Below, in pieces: positions 58,451 to 64,000 of a stretch of DNA of 64,000 bases. The notes beneath the pieces were generated by a model. The model saw only the letters and a program-made list of their open reading frames with translations. It was not told where the DNA came from and made no database searches. This DNA comes from Spirochaetia bacterium (GTDB taxonomy: Bacteria; Spirochaetota; Spirochaetia; CADAEX01). The DNA is taken from assembly GCA_963662265.2 (NCBI GenBank), contig CAXXHA010000035.1:1-64000 (forward strand), given 5' to 3'. How positions within the stretch are numbered: position 1 is the stretch's first letter; each line of letters begins with the position of its first letter. The translations under genes and the position numbers were made by a program.

Positions 58451-58822
58451 TCATACTATTTTCCCTATCGTATTTTCCGCCGGAAAGGGGAGCATTGTAA
58501 TAGGTTTTGCAGCAAGAGTGAAAATAAGCATCTCATTATCATCTGCAGCAATTCTGTTTGCCCGTATGAAACCGCATGAAATGCATCTGTGAATTATTGA
58601 CCACTCCTTGTTCTGCCGTACCCAGACAGATATGGGTTCCATCAGACCCCGGCATCCGCATCTTCTGTCACCCTTTTTAAGGTCTACATGGAGACTCCAC
58701 AGGCATTTCGGGCAGTGGTTTCTCATTTTTCCCCCTGATTCAGGAGGAGCTACTATTGTTCCGCAGTTTCTGCAGATAAATGTTTCTTCTGTGTTTTTAT
58801 GTATTATCCTGTTTCTGGACAT
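58451..58822 (-). CDS. RNHCP-domain protein
   Basis: FICRNCG, RNHCPKCLWSLHVD..GDR, CRGLMEP, IHRC..CG..NRIAADD; AAGGAG RBS. Confidence 0.93.
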   Translation of the reverse strand: MSRNRIIHKNTEETFICRNCGTIVAPPESGGKMRNHCPKCLWSLHVDLKKGDRRCGCRGLMEPISVWVRQNKEWSIIHRCISCGFIRANRIAADDNEMLIFTLAAKPITMLPFPAENTIGKIV

Positions 58823-58952
58823 GCTTTTCTCCTTTGATGTAAAAATGATCCGAAGCCGTATTTTTATGACAGGGGAATTACCAGACTGCAGAATATGCTG
58901 CCTGTGCCTGAATAAAATTTCCGGTATCCGGGTATTTATAGTGAGATAGATT

Positions 58953-59179
58953 AAAGATGTCCTGTTCGTGGAAATGTAAAGATTTCTTGTGAGGATAAAA
59001 CGGATTAGTGTGATTTGCCTGATTTTCGGTATCCCGCCAGTTATCTGGCTGTTTTACTGAATCTCAGTCAGGTTTTATTACTTCTTGATATATAAAATAT
59101 TATAAGGTTAGCAATATAATCCGGCTTATTCCTGAACAGGAACATCCTTGATTACAAAAGCTGACATAAACGCCTCCTT
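58953..59179 (-). promoter_or_regulatory. structured 5' leader / candidate ribosome-dependent attenuator of the RNHCP-rsgA operon
   Basis: Nested inverted repeats: 59129-59149 with 58953-58973, 59117-59123 with 59001-59007, 59068-59072 with 59018-59022, plus two small hairpins. Confidence 0.55.
59126..59167 (-). CDS. putative leader peptide MSAFVIKDVPVQE (13 aa)
   Basis: AAGGAGG (59179-59173) 5 nt before ATG; TAA at 59128-59126; TTGACG upstream (59227-59222). Confidence 0.6.
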   Translation of the reverse strand: MSAFVIKDVPVQE

Positions 59180-59364
59180 TTTATACGTCTTATTAAGAGA
59201 GATATCATACTGTCTGTATATCGTCAATAGTTTTTCTTCTTCCTGAAAAACTGTACTCATATTGTGATAAAAATACTGGCTGTCTGAGAAGTATATAAAT
59301 TCTTCAGCGACTTTATTTTTATGGTTTTGAAGAAGTATCTGAAATAAAAAAGTGTAAATAAAGC

Positions 59365-59411
59365 TTGCCAATTTTGTAAACGTTTACTATACTGCTTTAG
59401 TAAACGTTTGC
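59365..59411 (+). promoter_or_regulatory. sigma70 promoter with two LacI-type operators
   Basis: TTGCCA (59365)-17 nt-TATACT (59388); palindrome GTAAACGTTTAC (59376-59387) in the spacer and GTAAACGTTTGC (59400-59411). Confidence 0.75.
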
Positions 59412-59445
59412 AGAAAAATTAAATTTGATCTGGTTTTATATAATT

Positions 59446-60447
59446 ATGGATACTACAATTAAAGATATAGCTAAAATAGCAGGTGTTTCATATGCCACAG
59501 TCTCCCGTGCTCTCAATGACAAGTATGGTGTAAATCCTGCTACCAGGGATGAAATCCTCAGGATTGCAGAGGAGCTGAATTACAGTCCCAATGCTATTGC
59601 AAGAGGGCTTGTAAAAAAGCAGACACACACAGTAGGTCTTATAATTCCTGATATAACAAACCCGTTTTTTCCTGAAGTTGCACGCGGTGCTGAAGATCTT
59701 CTTGAAAAAGAGGGGTACAGCGTATTTTTATGTAACTCAAACTGGGAAAAGACGAGAGAAAACAAGTATATAAATCTTCTGATTGAAAAGAGGGTTGACG
59801 GTCTTGTTATAGCGCCATCTTCAAGTATTGTTTCAGATAATGACAGGAAGCAGTTTGAAAGGCTTCCTGTTGTTCTTATGAGCGGTGTCCAGCCTGGCAG
59901 CGGAACAGATTCGGTAGTTCTCAACAATATCAAGGGTGGCTATATTGCGGGACAGTATTTACTCGGCAAAGGGCGGAGAAAATTCTGCTTTCTGGGGGGC
60001 TCTGAGGATTCCTTCTCTGTAAAGGAAAGATATTCTGGTTTTCTTAAATCAGTTGAAGGGTATGACGGGTGCGTCCTTTCTCCCGATATGATTAAATTCG
60101 GCGATTACAGGGAAAAGAGCGGGTACACGATAATGAACAACCTTATATCTGAAGGAAAAATACCTGATGCAGTATTTGCATCAAATGACCTTCTGGCTCT
60201 GGGTGCAATACAGGCTATAAGTGATAAAGGGCTTAAGATTCCCGAGGATATTTCTGTAGTCGGATTTGACAATATTGCAACAGCTTCATTCAGGGGAATT
60301 GAACTTACAACAATAGAACATCCGAAATACAGGATGGGGGAACTTGCGGTAAAAATACTCCTGGAAAGGATTGAAAATCCGGGAAAGGAAGAAAAAGAGA
60401 CACGGGTGGTTCTGGATCCGGAACTTATTATCAGGAAAACAGCCTGA
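59446..60447 (+). CDS. LacI-family repressor, likely regulator of the iol genes
   Basis: TIKDIAKIAGVSYATVSRALN, NYSPNAIARGL, ITNPFF, IPEDISVVGFDN, LTTI. Confidence 0.95.
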   Translation: MDTTIKDIAKIAGVSYATVSRALNDKYGVNPATRDEILRIAEELNYSPNAIARGLVKKQTHTVGLIIPDITNPFFPEVARGAEDLLEKEGYSVFLCNSNWEKTRENKYINLLIEKRVDGLVIAPSSSIVSDNDRKQFERLPVVLMSGVQPGSGTDSVVLNNIKGGYIAGQYLLGKGRRKFCFLGGSEDSFSVKERYSGFLKSVEGYDGCVLSPDMIKFGDYREKSGYTIMNNLISEGKIPDAVFASNDLLALGAIQAISDKGLKIPEDISVVGFDNIATASFRGIELTTIEHPKYRMGELAVKILLERIENPGKEEKETRVVLDPELIIRKTA

Positions 60448-60467
60448 TTTTGAGTTTTACCGTTTTT

Positions 60468-60479
60468 ACAAACGTTTAC
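60468..60479. promoter_or_regulatory. third LacI-type operator upstream of iolB
   Basis: ACAAACGTTTAC, matching the palindrome at 59376. Confidence 0.65.
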
Positions 60480-60625
60480 GAAAAGCTTTTGTTTGGAAAA
60501 ACAATTGAAATTTTACCTAAAAAACATGATATTGCCGGATTTTTTACTATCCGGATATTTATAAATTTCAGCCTGAAACAGGCATCAGACAGTAAATAAA
60601 AATTATTCAACAGGAGGAATAAATA

Positions 60626-61429
60626 ATGCTTATAAAACAGGAGGGGAAATTCCCTGAAGGGTATACTCCTATTTCAGAAATTGACGGTAAACACAGTGAT
60701 ATGCTTATGGATTTCGGTATTTTAAATATTGCAGCCGGAAAGACCGAAGTTAACAGCGATTCCAGGGAAAGAGCCTACCTCCTCATGTCAGGAACGGTTG
60801 TTCTTGAATGGAACGGAAAAAGTTATGAAGTTGAAAGAAAATCCCTTCTTGAGGAAAATCCTACAGTTCTTCAGCTTCCCAAAGACATGGAAGTAAAAAT
60901 TACAGCTGTTACTGATGCGGAACTGGCTGTCCAGAAAACTATTAATAATAATGATTTCGAGCCTGTTCTCTACAAGGCTGATGAAGTTACTTCTGCGGAA
61001 TTCGGCAAGGGAACAATGCAGGAAACATCAACAAGAACTGTCAGAACAGTTTTTGATGCTGCCAATGCACCTTTTTCTGCCATGGTAATGGGTGAGGTAA
61101 TCAACCATCCCGGTAAGTGGTCAAGCTATCCGCCTCATGATCATCCGCAGCCGGAAATTTATCACTTCAGATTCTTTCCCGAGCAGGGATGGGGCTTTTC
61201 AGGTCTTGAGGATGATGCTTTTGTTGTTAAAAACAGGGATTCAGTTACTCTCACTCCCGGAAAGACACATTCTCAGACATCAGCACCCGGTTATGCAATG
61301 TACTATATCTGGATAATCCCCCATCTGGGTGAAGATAAGTTTGGACCTGATTCAAGAAATTTCAGGGAAGAGCATAAATGGCTTCTCGATGCAGATGCTA
61401 AAATCTGGCCGGATGTAAAAGTCGATTAA
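60626..61429 (+). CDS. iolB: 5-deoxy-glucuronate isomerase
   Basis: GEVINHPGKWSSYPPHDH.QPEIY, APGYAMYY; upstream of iolD. Confidence 0.88.
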   Translation: MLIKQEGKFPEGYTPISEIDGKHSDMLMDFGILNIAAGKTEVNSDSRERAYLLMSGTVVLEWNGKSYEVERKSLLEENPTVLQLPKDMEVKITAVTDAELAVQKTINNNDFEPVLYKADEVTSAEFGKGTMQETSTRTVRTVFDAANAPFSAMVMGEVINHPGKWSSYPPHDHPQPEIYHFRFFPEQGWGFSGLEDDAFVVKNRDSVTLTPGKTHSQTSAPGYAMYYIWIIPHLGEDKFGPDSRNFREEHKWLLDADAKIWPDVKVD

Positions 61430-61458
61430 TTTCAAAATAATACAGGAGGAAATATTAA

Positions 61459-63393
61459 ATGGAAACAGTAAGACTTACCACAGCCCAGGCAATTGTTAAG
61501 TTTTTAAATAACCAGTATGTGGAATTCGATGGTGAAGAAAACAGATTTGTGAAAGGTTTCTTTATTATTCCGGGTCACGGAAATGTTCTCGGACTCGGAC
61601 AGGCTCTTGAGGAAAAACCGGGAGAGCTTGTAGTCCACCAGGGCAGAAATGAGCAGGGTATGGCCCATGCTGCGACAGGGTATGCAAAACAGATGCACAG
61701 AAAGCAGATTTATGCTGTGACTTCTTCAATCGGACCGGGAGCTGCAAACATGGTAACAGCTGCTGGTGTTGCAACTGCAAACAGAATCCCTCTTCTCCTT
61801 TTTCCGGGGGACTGCTATGCGACAAGACAGCCTGACCCTGTACTTCAGCAGGTTGAGCATTTTCATGACCTCAACATCTCTACAAATGATGCTTTCAAGG
61901 GTGTATGCAAGTTCTGGGACAGAATAAACAGGCCTGAGCAGATTATGAGTTCTCTTATCCAGGCAATGAGAGTTCTCACAGATCCTGCAGATACAGGTGC
62001 TGTCTGTATCGGTCTTCCCCAGGATGTTGAGGGAGAGGCTTATGACTATCCTGTAGATTTCTTCAGAAAGAGAACTCACAGGATCGAAAGAAGACCTGCA
62101 ACCGACGGGATGATTACTGATGCTGTAAAAGTTATCAAGAATAAGAAAAGACCTGTTATTATTTGCGGCGGCGGAGTGAGATACTCGGAAGCAGCAGGCG
62201 CTCTCAAGGATTTTGCAGAAAAGTTCAATATTCCTTTCGGTGAAACACAGGCAGGAAAAAGCGCAATTCCATACAACCACGAACTCAACCTCGGCGGTAT
62301 AGGTACAACAGGATGTCTTGCTGCAAACTTAATTGCTCATGATGCGGACTGTGTAATCGGAATCGGTACAAGATACAGCGACTTTACAACTGCTTCAAAA
62401 TGGCTTTTCCAGAACAAGGATGTTGAATATGTAAATATCAATGCCGCCTCCTTTGATGCTGTAAAAATGGACGGAGTTATGGTTACTGCTGATGCGAAGG
62501 CTGCTCTTGAAGACTTGTCAGCTGCTCTTGAAAAAGAAGGCTACAAGTCAGCATATGCAGGCGAAATCAGGGATGCAAGAGCTAAATGGGCTGCTGAGCT
62601 TGAAAGACTCTTCTCTATCGAATACTGCAGGGATAACTTTACTCCTGAAGTTGCAGGCCACCTTGATCATGTGCTTCCTGAATTTGAAGATCAGTATAAG
62701 ACATGTCTGACACAGACAAGAGTACTCGGTATTCTCGATGAAATGCTTGATGATGATGCTGTAATTGTAGGCGCATCAGGTTCTCTTCCCGGAGACCTTC
62801 AGCGAGTATGGAGACCTAAGACTGCAAACACATATCACATGGAATACGGATACTCATGCATGGGCTATGAAGTATGTGCATCGCTCGGAGCAAAACTTGC
62901 AGAGCCTGATAAAGAAGTTTATGCGCTTGTCGGGGACGGTTCATACATGATGCTCCATACAGAGCTTGTAACATCTGTGCAGGAAGGTAAAAAAATAAAC
63001 ATTGTTGTTATTGATAATGCAGCTTTCGGATGTATCAATAATCTCCAGATGGAAAACGGTCAGGGATCATACATGACTGAGTTCAGGTTCAGAGAGGATA
63101 AAACAGGTAAACTCACAGGTAAATTTGTTCCTGTTGACTTTGCAATGAATGCAGCATCCTACGGATGTAAAACATATTCTGTCAAAAATGAAGAGGAACT
63201 CAGGGCGGCAATCGAAGATTCAAAGAAGCAGTCTGTTTCAACACTTATCGATATCAAGGCTTTCCCCAAGACAATGACTCATGGATATGAGGCTTTCTGG
63301 AGAGTGGGAAGTTCAGAAGTTGCGGAAAAGGAAAATATTGTAAAACAGAACCAGGCAATGAAAAAAGAGCTTGAAAAAGCGAGAAAATATTAA
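61459..63393 (+). CDS. iolD: 3D-(3,5/4)-trihydroxycyclohexane-1,2-dione acylhydrolase (TPP enzyme)
   Basis: [55 protein letters not shown]. Confidence 0.96.
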   Translation: METVRLTTAQAIVKFLNNQYVEFDGEENRFVKGFFIIPGHGNVLGLGQALEEKPGELVVHQGRNEQGMAHAATGYAKQMHRKQIYAVTSSIGPGAANMVTAAGVATANRIPLLLFPGDCYATRQPDPVLQQVEHFHDLNISTNDAFKGVCKFWDRINRPEQIMSSLIQAMRVLTDPADTGAVCIGLPQDVEGEAYDYPVDFFRKRTHRIERRPATDGMITDAVKVIKNKKRPVIICGGGVRYSEAAGALKDFAEKFNIPFGETQAGKSAIPYNHELNLGGIGTTGCLAANLIAHDADCVIGIGTRYSDFTTASKWLFQNKDVEYVNINAASFDAVKMDGVMVTADAKAALEDLSAALEKEGYKSAYAGEIRDARAKWAAELERLFSIEYCRDNFTPEVAGHLDHVLPEFEDQYKTCLTQTRVLGILDEMLDDDAVIVGASGSLPGDLQRVWRPKTANTYHMEYGYSCMGYEVCASLGAKLAEPDKEVYALVGDGSYMMLHTELVTSVQEGKKINIVVIDNAAFGCINNLQMENGQGSYMTEFRFREDKTGKLTGKFVPVDFAMNAASYGCKTYSVKNEEELRAAIEDSKKQSVSTLIDIKAFPKTMTHGYEAFWRVGSSEVAEKENIVKQNQAMKKELEKARKY

Positions 63394-63414
63394 TTTATCA
63401 GAGGTATGAAAATT

Positions 63415-64000
63415 ATGATGGATGCAAATAAAGTTAAACTTGGTATGGCTCCTATCGGCTGGACTAATGATGACCTTCCCGAGCTCGGAGGTGAGAACAC
63501 ATTTGAACAGTGTGTAAGTGAAATGGCTCTTGCTGGTTACACAGGAAGTGAAGTTGGAAACAAATATCCTAAAGATCCTGCAGAACTCAAGAAATATCTT
63601 GATATCAGAGGTATCCAGATCTGTAACCAGTGGTTCAGTTCTTTCCTTACAACCCAGGATTTTGAAACTGTAAAAGCTGATTTTGAGAAACAGCTTGATT
63701 TTCTCGAAGCTCTCGGAGCAAAAGTTATCGGACCTGCTGAACAGGGAAACAGTATTCAGGGTAAGGAAAATCCTATTTTCAGGGATAAGCCTTTCTTCAC
63801 AGATGAAGAATGGACAAAAGTTGCAGAAGGGCTCAACAAACTTGGTAAGATCGCAAAAGACAGGGGATTTAAACTCTGCTACCACCACCACATGGGAACC
63901 GGTGTTCAGACAATTGAAGAAACAAAGAAGCTAATGGATATGACAGATCCGAACTATGTTTACCTTCTCTTCGATTCAGGACATTTCACATTCTCAGATG
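63415..64000 (+). CDS. iolE: myo-inosose-2 dehydratase (partial, runs off the window end)
   Basis: Read by hand: [63 protein letters not shown]; absent from the ORF track because the stop is outside the window. Confidence 0.93.
   Translation, partial: MMDANKVKLGMAPIGWTNDDLPELGGENTFEQCVSEMALAGYTGSEVGNKYPKDPAELKKYLDIRGIQICNQWFSSFLTTQDFETVKADFEKQLDFLEALGAKVIGPAEQGNSIQGKENPIFRDKPFFTDEEWTKVAEGLNKLGKIAKDRGFKLCYHHHMGTGVQTIEETKKLMDMTDPNYVYLLFDSGHFTFSD

Noticed and set aside
59168-59371. 81-aa ORF at 59126-59371 as a full protein
   Set aside because: Only the last 13 codons have an SD and ATG; the upstream part overlaps promoter DNA
1-64000. rRNA, tRNA, CRISPR arrays, transposases, integrases, reverse transcriptases, prophage, selenocysteine or stop-readthrough recoding
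   Set aside because: None recognised by eye; genes end at normal stops with full-length domains. Short ncRNAs could be missed without a covariance-model search

Overview
This is a 64-kb chromosomal segment, AT-rich and gene-dense. It probably comes from a free-living Spirochaetales bacterium, inferred from the 'FAGGxKE' binding-protein signal peptides, the short divergent ParE/ParC and the lipoprotein styles. Housekeeping genes include parE-parC, gatCAB with a non-discriminating aspS, and an rsgA-family GTPase. Metabolic and transport loci include AraC with a sugar-acid dehydrogenase/isomerase pair, TctCBA, a Fbp-type ABC transporter, serA-Lrp-DUF1015, an ADP-forming acyl-CoA ligase, LacI-iolB-iolD-iolE (partial), three EamA/DMT transporters and a MATE pump. 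Several signalling proteins are also present. I saw no rRNA, tRNA, CRISPR array, transposase or prophage. The best novelty candidates are: (1) a 13-codon leader peptide inside a nested RNA fold upstream of RNHCP-rsgA(-MATE), resembling a ribosome-sensing attenuator; (2) a stand-alone MASE9-like membrane sensor coupled to a membrane protein with two Cys-rich OmpR-like winged-helix domains; (3) a LysR / Prune-PPX1-like phosphatase / CYTH-like protein / Tct transporter cluster suggesting condensed-phosphate uptake and hydrolysis; (4) a divergent NDK-like protein; (5) a WD40-caspase lipoprotein; (6) a decayed 84-bp tandem duplication of the parC 3' end. All family calls were made by eye from motifs; no database searches were run.
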